A stretch of 64,000 nt of DNA from Nitrospirota bacterium (GTDB taxonomy: Bacteria; Nitrospirota; Thermodesulfovibrionia; Thermodesulfovibrionales; UBA9159). Below are positions 21,027 to 31,064 of the stretch, piece by piece (the stretch's first letter is position 1; each line of letters begins with the position of its first letter). The DNA is taken from positions 384,001 through 448,000 of the forward strand of contig CAVOUE010000006.1 in NCBI GenBank assembly GCA_963699545.1, given 5' to 3'. The position numbers and the translations under genes were made by a program. The notes under the pieces are model-generated. The model was not told the DNA's origin. It saw only the letters and a program-made list of their open reading frames with translations, and did not search any database.

Positions 21027-21062
21027 TCTGATACAAACTCTGATACAAACTCTGAAACAAAC
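21027..21062 (+). repeat. Three copies of a 12-bp tandem repeat
   Basis: tctgatacaaac twice, then tctgaaacaaac. Confidence 0.85.
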
Positions 21063-21076
21063 AAGGAGGTGAACAA

Positions 21077-21427
21077 ATGATATCAAAGCCAATGATACAG
21101 GATGCTATTGTAACAGATGGGGATAAGTATTCGGTTGTTCTGGAAAACGAACGCGTTAGGGTGCTCAGATACCACGATACGCCGGGGGACAGAACTTCGC
21201 AACACGCTCACCCCGACTACGTATTGTACGCGGAGTCTTCTTTCAAGCGGCGTTTGACATTTCCTGATGGTCAGAAGCGTGAGGTCGACGTCAAAGCGGG
21301 GAGTGTCGTTTGGATGAAAGGGCATACACACATCGGCGAGAACATAGGAGATACGAATACTGACGTAGTAATTGTGGAACTGAAAGAGAACAGAACGTTA
21401 GACAAGACGGAGAAGAATCTGAAATAA
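21077..21427 (+). CDS. Small cupin-domain protein (cassette ORF)
   Basis: LENERVRVL, HAHP, GHTHIGENIG, VELK; AGGAGG SD. Confidence 0.85.
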   Translation: MISKPMIQDAIVTDGDKYSVVLENERVRVLRYHDTPGDRTSQHAHPDYVLYAESSFKRRLTFPDGQKREVDVKAGSVVWMKGHTHIGENIGDTNTDVVIVELKENRTLDKTEKNLK

Positions 21428-21452
21428 GCGCGTCAGGCAACTAAACGCTACG

Positions 21453-22415
21453 TTAGCCCACTTCAAGGCCATACTGCCTTATCAGTCTCAGGTCGTCATC
21501 ATAGGGCGTTCCCGCTGTTGTGAGATAATTTCCGGTCAGCAGTGAATCGGCCCCTGCCATGAAGACCATTGAATTGAACTCTCCAAGCGTTTGCCTCCTC
21601 CCTCCGCACACCCGTATCTCCTTTTGAGGGAGTGCGAACCGGTAAAGGCTGATGATCTTCAGGGCATCAAAGGGATGCAAGGGAACCCTGTCCTCCATCG
21701 CTGTTCCCTTGACCGCGATGAGAAAATTAATGGGGACGGAATCCACATCAAGCTCTCTCAGCGCCTGCGCCATCTCTATCCTGTCCTGCCACGACTCACC
21801 GATGCCGAATATACCCCCGGAGCAGAGGGAAAGACCAATGGATTTTGCAGCCATGATCGTCCTTGTCTTGTCCGCATAGGTGTGGGTCGAACAGATCTCA
21901 GGGAAGAACCTCTCCGAAGCTTCAAGGTTATGGTGATACCGCACCAGACCGCTGTCCCTGAGCATCGACAGTTCATCCTTCTCGAGAAGGCCGAGGGTCG
22001 CGCAGGGAAGGAGACCGAGCCCCCGGACCTTTCCGATCATCGAAGCTATCTCCTTCAGCTCTCCCTTGCCCGCCTTCCTTCCGCTGGTGACGATGCAGAA
22101 CCTCTTCACCCCGGCCTCTTTCGCTTCTCTGGCTTTTTCCAATACAGCGCTTTCATTCACAAGGGGATGCACGGGGACATCGGCTTTGCTCTTTGATGAC
22201 TGTGCACAATAGGAACAGTCTTCGGAACATGCGCCCGATTTGGCGTTTATGATGGAGCAGAGATCAACGCTGCTTCCCCTGTATCTTTCCCGTATTTTGC
22301 AGGCCGCGGCAAAGAGCTGAAAGAGCTCACTGCCTGCGAGGGAAGCAATGTGGGACAGGTCGCCTCCGGAAGGCACGTCGCCTGCCAATACTTTCTCTGT
22401 GAGCCTGTCTATCAT
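21453..22415 (-). CDS. bioB: Biotin synthase
   Basis: CSEDCSYCAQS radical-SAM motif, YHHNLE, VPINFL, TGNYLTT. Confidence 0.95.
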   Translation of the reverse strand: MIDRLTEKVLAGDVPSGGDLSHIASLAGSELFQLFAAACKIRERYRGSSVDLCSIINAKSGACSEDCSYCAQSSKSKADVPVHPLVNESAVLEKAREAKEAGVKRFCIVTSGRKAGKGELKEIASMIGKVRGLGLLPCATLGLLEKDELSMLRDSGLVRYHHNLEASERFFPEICSTHTYADKTRTIMAAKSIGLSLCSGGIFGIGESWQDRIEMAQALRELDVDSVPINFLIAVKGTAMEDRVPLHPFDALKIISLYRFALPQKEIRVCGGRRQTLGEFNSMVFMAGADSLLTGNYLTTAGTPYDDDLRLIRQYGLEVG

Positions 22416-22418
22416 TAT

Positions 22419-23495
22419 TCAGTCGTTGACAGACTCAATGATCCTGGCTTTATCGGTGACTTCCCTGACAGTCACGGACCCTATCTTCTGAGGGAGGATA
22501 AACTTCAACTTTCCCGCCACCGCCTTCTTGTCGAGACGCATCGAGGAAAGGACCCCCTCTGCATCAACGTCCGACCGTATCTCTGAAGGCAGTCCATACG
22601 CCGCTATGAGGGAACGCACCCGCTCTACCTCTCCCCCGTCCATATAGCCAAGGTGCGAAGAGAGCCTTGCCTCGAGATACATCCCTATGGCCACGGCCTC
22701 CCCGTGCAGATACGTTGTGTATCCGGTGGCCGTTTCCAGCGCATGGCCTATCGTATGGCCGTAATTCAGGATCGCCCTCAGCCCACCCTCTCTTTCGTCC
22801 CTGGAGACGATCTCCGACTTGATCTCACAGGAACGCTTGATGATATGCTCTAGGGCATGCCGGTCAAGGTTCAGTATCTTTTCCCTGTTCTCCTCAAGGA
22901 ACCGGAAAAGCTCCTCGTCCCATATGACGCCGTACTTGATGACTTCGGCCATCCCGGCAATGAACTGACGCTTCGGCAGTGATGCAAGCGTGCTAATATC
23001 CGCCCATACGAGCCCCGGCTGATAGAACGTCCCTATCATGTTCTTCCCGAGAGGATGGTTCACCCCGGTCTTTCCGCCTACGGAGCTGTCCACTTGGGCA
23101 AGAAGGGTCGTGGGGACCTGAATGAACGGGATCCCTCTCATATAGGCTGAGGCGACGAACCCGGTGATATCGCCGATCACGCCGCCGCCAAGGGCGATCA
23201 ACGCAGACGCCCTGTCGAACCTCTGTTTAAGAAGTTCTCCGAAGAGGTAATAAGCCCAGAGGAGCTCCTTGTACCCCTCACCGTCAGGGATGAGGATCAC
23301 GGGCGCATCGAACCCGGCCTTGCTCAGGGAATCGGAAACCCTGGCGCCGTAGAACCCGTGAACGGTCGGATTGCTGATAACGGCCACGCGGCTGGGATGA
23401 AGCCCCTTCACCTTTTCGCCAAGGTCCCTGAGCGTGTCAGCGCCGATAAAGATGCCGTAACTCCTCTCTCCGAGCTCAACCCTTATCTCCTGCAT
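22419..23495 (-). CDS. aroB: 3-dehydroquinate synthase
   Basis: GGGVIGD, TTLLAQVDSSVGGKT, LNYGHTIGHA. Confidence 0.97.
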   Translation of the reverse strand: MQEIRVELGERSYGIFIGADTLRDLGEKVKGLHPSRVAVISNPTVHGFYGARVSDSLSKAGFDAPVILIPDGEGYKELLWAYYLFGELLKQRFDRASALIALGGGVIGDITGFVASAYMRGIPFIQVPTTLLAQVDSSVGGKTGVNHPLGKNMIGTFYQPGLVWADISTLASLPKRQFIAGMAEVIKYGVIWDEELFRFLEENREKILNLDRHALEHIIKRSCEIKSEIVSRDEREGGLRAILNYGHTIGHALETATGYTTYLHGEAVAIGMYLEARLSSHLGYMDGGEVERVRSLIAAYGLPSEIRSDVDAEGVLSSMRLDKKAVAGKLKFILPQKIGSVTVREVTDKARIIESVND

Positions 23496-23993
23496 CCCAT
23501 CCTCTCCAGTATCTCCTTTGCGACAAGAAAGGGAGACTTCTCATCGGTTTCGATCATGATATCCGCCTTCTCGTAAAAGGGCTTCCTGAATTCCAGAAGC
23601 TCTTTAATCTTTTTGAGCGGGTCCTTCACCTGGAGAAGGGGTCTTTCATCGTTGCCCCTGGTCCTTCCGAGGACCGTCTCCCGGACTTGCCCAGAGACAT
23701 ACGATAACCCCATGCTCTCTGAGGATATCCATGTTCTCCTGCCGGAGGACCGCTCCGCCGCCCGTGGAGATGATCACGCTCCGGTCCTGCGAAACTTTCC
23801 TTATCATCCCGGTCTCTATATCCCTGAAGGCGGGTTCCCCGAGCGTGCTGAAGATCTCATGTATGGTCATGTTCCGGGCCTTGACGATCTCATCGTCCAC
23901 ATCGATGATCTTCCACCCAAGGATCCGGGAAAGCTCTCTTCCCACCGCCGTCTTGCCCGCACCCATGAAACCGGTAAGAACAATGTTCTTCAT
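23483..23993 (-). CDS. aroK: Shikimate kinase (one frameshift near 23675)
   Basis: GFMGAGKT, STGGGAV; C-terminal RPLL...RKPFYEKAD lies in the other frame. Confidence 0.9.
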
Positions 23994-24031
23994 TTATGAG
24001 CTAACCTTCTTGATTCAGCCTTCGATTCTTG

Positions 24032-24195
24032 CCACAGAGGCACTGAGACACAGAGATAAACCTAAAAAGACTGAACGTTTCATGCTTCATCGATTCCTTG
24101 AGATTCAAAACCCTCCGAGCCTGATCCAAAAAAATCTTGACGTAATCTTGAGGCTGAAATGCGCTTGTCTTCTCCGTGCCTCGGTGTCTCTGTGG
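24032..24195. repeat. 25-bp imperfect inverted repeats built of 8-mers, enclosing about 115 bp
   Basis: ccacagaggcactgagacacagaga (24032-24056) and tctccgtgcctcggtgtctctgtgg (24171-24195). Confidence 0.8.
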
Positions 24196-24209
24196 TTAAT
24201 TGTCTTTTG

Positions 24210-25459
24210 TCAGAATTGTTTTACATATTCCGTGTACGACCTATAGTTCCTCATAACCTCTTCCATGTCGTCTCCGCCGAACTTCTCGAGAAAGGCATCA
24301 GCAATGACCAGGGCAGTCATCGCTTCACCGACTACCGCTGCCGCCGGCACCGCGCAGACGTCAGAACGCTCGTAGGCAGCCTCGATCGGCTCCTTGCTGA
24401 CCATATCCACAGAATTGAGGGGTCTCCTCAACGTAGGGATCGGCTTCATGCCCGCCCTGATGGTAACGGGCATTCCGTTCGTCATGCCTCCCTCGATCCC
24501 GCCTGCGTTGTTGGTCTTCCGGTAAAAACCAGGGCGTAACGTGTAACGTGCAGCGTGTGGAGAACCCGGGGTGTTGACCTTTGACTTCCGACTTCTCGCT
24601 TCTGGCTTCTGCTCGTAGAATATCTCATCCATAACCTCGGAACCGGACCTGCCCGACATCTCAAATCCGAGGCCGACCTCCACCGCCTTGATCGCCTGAA
24701 CGGACATCAGCGCCCGGGCGAGTCTTCCGTCCAATCTTCTGTCCCACTGGATGTAGCTTCCCACCCCAGGCGGAACGCCTGTCACAAATACCTCGAAAAC
24801 ACCCCCGAGGGAGTTACCCTCCTTCATGGCGCTCTTAATGACCGAGACCATTTTCTTGGAAGCATCCGCATCAGGACACCTCACCGACGAGGTCTCAGCT
24901 TTCTCAAACATTTCGAAAAGTTCTTTTTCCTTAAGCTGACTGCTGACCGCTGACCGCTGACTGCCTATCTGTATCACATAACTTCCGACCCTGATACCGA
25001 ATTCGGAGAGGAATCTCTTTGCCACAGCCCCCAGGGCGACCCTCATGGCGGTTTCCCTCGCACTTGACCGCTCCAGGATGTTCCGTATGTCGTCCTGGTG
25101 ATACTTTATGGCCCCTGACAGGTCCGCATGCCCCGGCCTCGGCTTTGTTACCGGAGGTATCGAGCCCTTGAACCCGGCATCTTCGGACATGCCCTCAGCC
25201 CAGTTCTTGTGATCCCTGTTCTCTATCAGAAGGGCGATGGGAGAACCGATGGTCTTGCCCCAGCGGACCCCGGAGAGGATCTCGGCATGGTCCGACTCAA
25301 TCTTCATCCTTCCCCCCTGCCGAAGCCGGACTGTCTTCTTTTCAGTTCGACGTCGATATCAGAGGAAGAAAGGGCAAGGTTTGCCGGAACGCCTTCCAGA
25401 ATCCCGGTGAGGGCCTTTCCATGGGATTCCCCTGCGGTAAGAAATCTAAGGCTTGACAT
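24210..25459 (-). CDS. aroC: Chorismate synthase (frameshift near 25320; repeat-derived in-frame insertions)
   Basis: [14 protein letters not shown] start, [32 protein letters not shown]. Confidence 0.95.
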
Positions 25460-25493
25460 GGCACATTGTGTCCAATCCTCTCCGGTCTCCGGC

Positions 25494-27605
25494 CTATTCC
25501 CTGCGTCTCAGAATCGCCGCAAGCAGGAGGGGCATCAGCATCACCGCAAAGTCAGCCACCGCCGTGGGGGTGTTCTGACGTGCGCCGACAGAGCAGCCGC
25601 CTCCTCCTCCCCCGCCACTGCTGCTGCCGCCCCCGTCTCCTGAACTCTGGGTTGTTGCGGAGGCTTCATTGGAATAGAGGGAATTCCCTGCTGCTGCACT
25701 GAAGGCCCTGACCCTGTGAGTAAAAGAGGTGCCGGGGGGAAGCCCTGACTGCGTGAACGTCGTGGTGTTCGGCCCCACAGTTGCTGTCTGGACAAAGCCA
25801 CCTGCATCCTTCCTTTCAATGGCATATCCCTCTTCACTCTGTGAGTTGTCTGTCCATGTAAGCATTATCTGCGTTGTGGATATCCCGGTAGCGGTGAGCC
25901 CGGTGGGAGGGTTCAGGGGTGTTGTGACGGACGCCTCACCGGAATAAGAAGAATCTCCCTCTATGAGAGCACCCCCTGGAGGATTGGGGAGGGAGTTAAA
26001 TGCCCTCACTCTGTATGTCGATGTCGTGCCGTCAGCAAGACCATTGTCGGTAAATGTGGTCACGTTCGCAGCGAGTGTTGTTATCTCGCTGAAAGAGCCT
26101 CCTCCAGTTTTCTTCTCAACTTTGTACCCGTCCTCACCTGTAGCGTTGTCCGTCCACGTGAGACCGATCTGGGTCGCGGATGTTGCTGAGGCAGTAAGGT
26201 TGGTCGGTGTCAGCAGGGATGACAATGCCTTGTATGCATTGATCCTTCCTCCTGTCATTATCTTGCCATTGAGCGTTGGCAATACATCGACGTACCTTAG
26301 GATTGTCCCGCGTATCTGGGAATAGGTGAAGTTCGTGTAGTAACTGTATAGCAATCCCGCCAGGCCCGAGACAAAAGGGGTCGACATGGAAGTGCCGGAT
26401 ATGAAACCGTACGTACTCGGCAGAAGGGTACTCAGAATGCTTACCCCCGGCGCCGCAACATGAACCGAGTTGCCGAAATTCGAAAAAAACGCCAGGCTGT
26501 CGCCCTGGTCCGTGGCGGTAACGGATATTATATTCGGCAAACTGTAATTCGCCGGATAATTCGGCGCCTGATCATTACTTGTTCCGTCATTGCCGGCAGC
26601 GGCCATGAGGAGAACCCCTGCACTGTTCGCGGCGCTCACTGCAGCAAGCTCGGACTGCGCAACACCACCACCCGCAAAACTCGCATTCATCGCCTTTATA
26701 TTCACTCCCCTGTTCTTCATCATCACCGCGTAGTCAATGGCAGCGACCTCATCTCCAATGGACCCGTCACCATCTGCATTGAGGAACTTCAACGGCATGA
26801 GCTTCACATTCCACACCACACCGGCAACGCCTGTCCCGTTATTTCCAACTGCGCCCACAATCCCGGACACATGGGTTCCATGGCCCTCGCTGTCGTTATC
26901 CATGGGGTTGTTCCCCGGTAATTTTGGGATAATGCAGGCGAACGTCGATTGATTAAACTCTGCGCACGTAGTGAAATCCCATCCTCTACAGTCGTTAATA
27001 AACCCATTGCCGTCATGATCGATGCCGTCAGTACAAGTCTCCCCCGGATTTGTCCATATATTCTGCGTCAAATCAGGATGATTAAGATCGATCCCCGTAT
27101 CCACGACCGCAATAACAACGGTGCTGTTCCCCGTGCTGATATCCCACGCCTGGGGCGCATTTATCTTCGGGAGTGCATATTGCTGGCTGAAAAACGGATC
27201 ATTGGGCGTCACCGAAGCCCGTCTTATATAATTAGGCTCGGCATATTCCACGGTCGGGTCTGACATATATTTGATAATTCCATCTCTTACCGAAAGGCCC
27301 TGGGGAAGCTTCACGTGTTCAAGATTGGGGACAAGAGCATACCTCCGGAGCGATGTCGCGCCCAACGCCTGGTGTGTCTTCAGAGAGGAAGCGGCCAGGA
27401 CTCCTCCCCTGAACTTCACAAGAAGTTCTCCTTCCCTGTATTTCCCCCTTTCCATAGTGGATAAAACAGACTGAACCGAGACCCGGGAAGAGCTGACCTC
27501 GTTCGACGCAGCTGAAATGGGAGAATCCGAAGAAAGCCCAGGGGTCTTATCGCTCCCGCAGGATACCAGGAACAGGAACAGGAAAGTGTAAACAATTCTC
27601 TTCAT
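25494..27605 (-). CDS. S8 subtilisin-like lipoprotein with two FN3 domains and a C-terminal GGC-TM-RRR sorting signal
   Basis: Lipobox [19 protein letters not shown] triad; tail [11 protein letters not shown]...[11 protein letters not shown]. Confidence 0.92.
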   Translation of the reverse strand: MKRIVYTFLFLFLVSCGSDKTPGLSSDSPISAASNEVSSSRVSVQSVLSTMERGKYREGELLVKFRGGVLAASSLKTHQALGATSLRRYALVPNLEHVKLPQGLSVRDGIIKYMSDPTVEYAEPNYIRRASVTPNDPFFSQQYALPKINAPQAWDISTGNSTVVIAVVDTGIDLNHPDLTQNIWTNPGETCTDGIDHDGNGFINDCRGWDFTTCAEFNQSTFACIIPKLPGNNPMDNDSEGHGTHVSGIVGAVGNNGTGVAGVVWNVKLMPLKFLNADGDGSIGDEVAAIDYAVMMKNRGVNIKAMNASFAGGGVAQSELAAVSAANSAGVLLMAAAGNDGTSNDQAPNYPANYSLPNIISVTATDQGDSLAFFSNFGNSVHVAAPGVSILSTLLPSTYGFISGTSMSTPFVSGLAGLLYSYYTNFTYSQIRGTILRYVDVLPTLNGKIMTGGRINAYKALSSLLTPTNLTASATSATQIGLTWTDNATGEDGYKVEKKTGGGSFSEITTLAANVTTFTDNGLADGTTSTYRVRAFNSLPNPPGGALIEGDSSYSGEASVTTPLNPPTGLTATGISTTQIMLTWTDNSQSEEGYAIERKDAGGFVQTATVGPNTTTFTQSGLPPGTSFTHRVRAFSAAAGNSLYSNEASATTQSSGDGGGSSSGGGGGGGCSVGARQNTPTAVADFAVMLMPLLLAAILRRRE

Positions 27606-27638
27606 TTTTTCCCCTCACGTGGAACTTTTTGTTTACCG

Positions 27639-28142
27639 TTAGAGTATATCATAAACTCCCAAAAACACAATATTTGAGGCGAAATGAAAGATGGCGGACG
27701 GCAGGACATTTGATGTCCGACAATAGAGAAAGCCCATCACCAGGGAAGGGAAGAACGTCAATAACGCATAGGGGTCACGGTAGATAACAAACTGAGGAAG
27801 ATGCACGAGAGCGAACAGGAGACTCACCACGACGACTCCCTTCATCGTGTTGCCCAGCCTCTCCTGGAGGAATCCCCTGAAATAGACCTCCTCAGGGAGG
27901 GAGACACCGAGGAGCTGAAAGATCACGGCGCTCACAGGTAATACCATAAAAGGTCTTCCCGGCTGGGAAGCGAAATACCAGAAGGGTAACAACACTGCGG
28001 CGGATACGGCAATGCCCGTTGCCGCGTCCCTCACCGAGAATCTGAGATGGAGAGTTCGCTGGAAGAGAACCGGCGCACCAAGAAGATAGAGCGGGATCAG
28101 GTACTTGAAGAGGGGCCGGGGAAAGGCGTGATATGCACACAC
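27639..28142 (-). CDS. CPBP-family glutamic intramembrane protease, myxosortase-like (true start may be upstream across a frameshift)
   Basis: EEVYFRG, FALVH, TFFPSL, FHFASN motifs. Confidence 0.88.
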   Translation of the reverse strand: MCAYHAFPRPLFKYLIPLYLLGAPVLFQRTLHLRFSVRDAATGIAVSAAVLLPFWYFASQPGRPFMVLPVSAVIFQLLGVSLPEEVYFRGFLQERLGNTMKGVVVVSLLFALVHLPQFVIYRDPYALLTFFPSLVMGFLYCRTSNVLPSAIFHFASNIVFLGVYDIL

Positions 28143-28216
28143 CAGTACGAACAGTATCAGGTATGTAGAGAGTGTCTTTCCCCTCCGGATATCCAGTCTA
28201 ACCCTTATCCCTCAAA

Positions 28217-29992
28217 TTATCTCTTGCGCCTTAATAGTGCTGCGAGCAGTAACGGCGTCAGCAGCACGGCGAGGTCGGCCATTGCCGTTGGAGCATTCTG
28301 TTTTGCACTTATGGAACAGCCACCGCCGGAAGAGGATTGCTGGGGCTCTGGTGAAGGTGTCGGCAGCGTCGTTGCGGATGCCTCGTTCGAGTAGGCAGAA
28401 TCCGCGGGGATTGTATTGAACGCCCTCACCCTGTATGTGTAGCTCGTGTTTGCGACCAGACCGCCATCCGTAAACGTATACGCCACCGGAGGCTGAGGAA
28501 TGACATTCGGCCTCGATATCGGCGCGATCGTTGTTATCTGGACATAGGCACCGTTCCCCAACTTTCTCTCTATCTTGTACCCATCTTCACCTGTGGCATT
28601 CCCTGCCCATGCAAGCGAAATCTCTGTTGAGGAGGTAGCGTTGGCGGTAAGGCCTGTCGGTTGCTGCAGGGATGATACCGCCCTATACGCATTGATCCTC
28701 GCTCTTGTCTGAACCAGGACATTATTGTCCGGCAGCAGATCGGCATATCTCAGAATCGTTGCCCGAACCTGAGAGTAGGTGAAATCGGAGTAGTAGCTGA
28801 AGAGCAATCCCGCAAGCCCCGAGACGTGAGGGGCAGCCATGGAAGTGCCGTCACAAAAATCATAGCTCACGACAAAAGAATTGCTGCAGAGAGATCTAAA
28901 ACTCCCTGCTACACCGGTCGCGGGCACCGTGCTCAGGATGTACACGCCGGGCGCGGTGACATGGACCGAATTGAGACCGAAGTTGCTAAATGTCGCCATC
29001 TTGTCAGTCTGGTCAGTGGCAGCAACGGAGATGATATTGGGCAGCGGGTAACTTGCGGGATATACCGGATTCACATCATTGTTGTTCGAATCATTCCCCG
29101 CAGCAGCGACCACCAGCGCTCCCGCATTCCTTGCGAAATCGATGGCATCAAGCACGGTCTGGGAAAAACCAAATCCGCCGAGGCTCAGATTGATCACTTT
29201 CGCTCCGTTTGAAGCGGCAAAGGTGATGCCGGACGCTACGGCGCTTATCGGACACGCATCGGAAGCACATACCTTTACCGGCATCAAACGCGCATTCCAG
29301 ATCACTCCGCTGGTTCCTAACCCGTTATTCCCGAGCGCGCCGATAATACCTGCCACATGGGTCCCGTGCCCGTCAATGTCGGAGGTGTCCGCATTGTCGT
29401 CAATGAAATTAAAGCCTGGGATAACATTATTCAGCAGGTCGACGTGGTTCGGGTCCACGCCCGAATCAGCCACCGCCACGATCACATTGCTGTTCTTCAC
29501 TATATCCCATGCCCACGGCGCCCTTATGTCCGCACCTTCCTTGCCGCTTGCGAATTGGCCGGTATTGTAAAGCCCCCACTGCTGCGGGAAAAAATATGTG
29601 TCATTCGGAAGAATGAAGGGATGCATCACGTAGTTAGGCTCGGCATACGCCACGCCGGGATCCGACATGTACCGGATGATCGCATCTTTCACCGAAAGAC
29701 CCTGCGGAAGCCTGACGTGATCGACATTTATGAGGGCGATCTTTCTTACAGGCGCCGCGCCGACGGACTGATGAGTCTGCAATGAAGCTGCCGTGAGCAC
29801 CCCCGGCTTGAACTTCACAAGAAGCTCTCCTTCTTTATACCTTCCCTTTTCCATAGTGGATAAAATAGACTGAACGGTGACCTTTGGGGCGCTGACCTCC
29901 TTTGACGCATCCGGGGCAAGGCTTGAGGTAGTGCCGCTCCCGCAGGATACCAACAAAAGAACCATAAAAAGATAGATAATCTTATTCTTCAT
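28217..29992 (-). CDS. S8 subtilisin-like lipoprotein with an FN3 domain and a C-terminal GGC-TM-RRKR sorting signal
   Basis: Lipobox LVS-C; DSG, HGTHVAG, GTSMAAP; tail GGGCSISAKQN...LLLAALLRRKR. Confidence 0.92.
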   Translation of the reverse strand: MKNKIIYLFMVLLLVSCGSGTTSSLAPDASKEVSAPKVTVQSILSTMEKGRYKEGELLVKFKPGVLTAASLQTHQSVGAAPVRKIALINVDHVRLPQGLSVKDAIIRYMSDPGVAYAEPNYVMHPFILPNDTYFFPQQWGLYNTGQFASGKEGADIRAPWAWDIVKNSNVIVAVADSGVDPNHVDLLNNVIPGFNFIDDNADTSDIDGHGTHVAGIIGALGNNGLGTSGVIWNARLMPVKVCASDACPISAVASGITFAASNGAKVINLSLGGFGFSQTVLDAIDFARNAGALVVAAAGNDSNNNDVNPVYPASYPLPNIISVAATDQTDKMATFSNFGLNSVHVTAPGVYILSTVPATGVAGSFRSLCSNSFVVSYDFCDGTSMAAPHVSGLAGLLFSYYSDFTYSQVRATILRYADLLPDNNVLVQTRARINAYRAVSSLQQPTGLTANATSSTEISLAWAGNATGEDGYKIERKLGNGAYVQITTIAPISRPNVIPQPPVAYTFTDGGLVANTSYTYRVRAFNTIPADSAYSNEASATTLPTPSPEPQQSSSGGGCSISAKQNAPTAMADLAVLLTPLLLAALLRRKR

Positions 29993-30253
29993 CTTGTCCT
30001 CTCCTTAAATTAAAAGAGTTTTTATCTATTCCACCTTAAATTGAAGCACATTAATTCTTTATTGTCAAGTATTTTTAGACTTTTATTAGAGTTTTTTGTT
30101 AAGAAATATTGCTTTATTTTATAAAGGGATAAGGGAGGAGTTCCTGAACCGAATATTTTTTGATACCGGCATCAGATGCCAGATATATTTCGATGTCGGG
30201 GGCGAACTCCACAAGCAATGTATCGACGTCGGCAGGAACCATCGTTGTTGCAG

Positions 30254-30329
30254 GCGGTCAGCTATCAGTTGTCAGCGGTCAGCAAGAAAGACTAAAAGGC
30301 TTAGAGCTAATGGCTGAAAGCTGATTGCT
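30254..30329. repeat. Heptamer-repeat inverted hairpin
   Basis: gcggtca gctatca gttgtca gcggtca facing gctaatg gctgaaa gctgatt. Confidence 0.7.
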
Positions 30330-30332
30330 CTC

Positions 30333-31064
30333 TTAGTAATTCATTATCTCGAGCAGGTCTTCCATGTCCTTTTCGTCGTCGCCCCTGAGAAGCAGCTTCT
30401 TTTCTCTCATATCGCTCATCGCCTTTTCCCTGTTCCCCCGGTAAGAAGGATCCATGTCCACAGCCTTTTTCAGGGCGGTGGCGGCATCCCCGTATCTTCC
30501 CAAAGCGTTATAACAGAGGGCAAGCCCGTAATAGGGCTGATGAAAATCGGAATTTCTCTTTGCCGCCTCCCGATAGGCATCCATTGACTCATCATATCTC
30601 TTTATCCTGTAGTATGCCCTGCCCAGATTGTTGAAAGCCCTGTCCGTGTTCCGGTACAGGGGATTCGCGATCGCAGCCTTGTAGGAACTCACCGCGTCAT
30701 CGTACTTCCCCAGTTTCTCATAGGCGCCCCCCAGATTGTTTGACGCCTCAGAGAAGCTCTTGTCCACCTTGAGGGCCCTCTGGAAATACTCTATCGCCCT
30801 GGGATAGTCTTCGAGTTTCATAAGGTAGATGACACCGATGCCGTTGAGGACCTCCTTGTCCATGGGGTTAAGCTCAAGGGCCTTCTGGAACTCCACAAAG
30901 GCCGGCTGGATATTGTTGTCATTAAGGTAGGATAGGCCCAACTGGCGGTGGGCTGATGCCTTCTGCGCCTTTTCCTCATTGGACGTCGTCGCACAGGCCC
31001 CCACCAGGAGAACGGGCATCAGGGTCAGAGCGACCAGTACACAGACGAATTTCTGTCTTACCAT
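30333..31064 (-). CDS. TPR-repeat lipoprotein, PilF/PilW-like
   Basis: ATG 31064, lipobox VGA-C, multiple TPRs, AIANPLY motif. Confidence 0.85.
   Translation of the reverse strand: MVRQKFVCVLVALTLMPVLLVGACATTSNEEKAQKASAHRQLGLSYLNDNNIQPAFVEFQKALELNPMDKEVLNGIGVIYLMKLEDYPRAIEYFQRALKVDKSFSEASNNLGGAYEKLGKYDDAVSSYKAAIANPLYRNTDRAFNNLGRAYYRIKRYDESMDAYREAAKRNSDFHQPYYGLALCYNALGRYGDAATALKKAVDMDPSYRGNREKAMSDMREKKLLLRGDDEKDMEDLLEIMNY

Larger units (their letters stand above)
17609..21458 (+). mobile_element. Integron gene-cassette array lacking an adjacent integrase (CALIN-like)
   Basis: Two canonical attC sites plus partial ones, co-oriented lower-GC ORFs, two toxin-antitoxin cassettes; no intI in the window. 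Confidence 0.85.
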
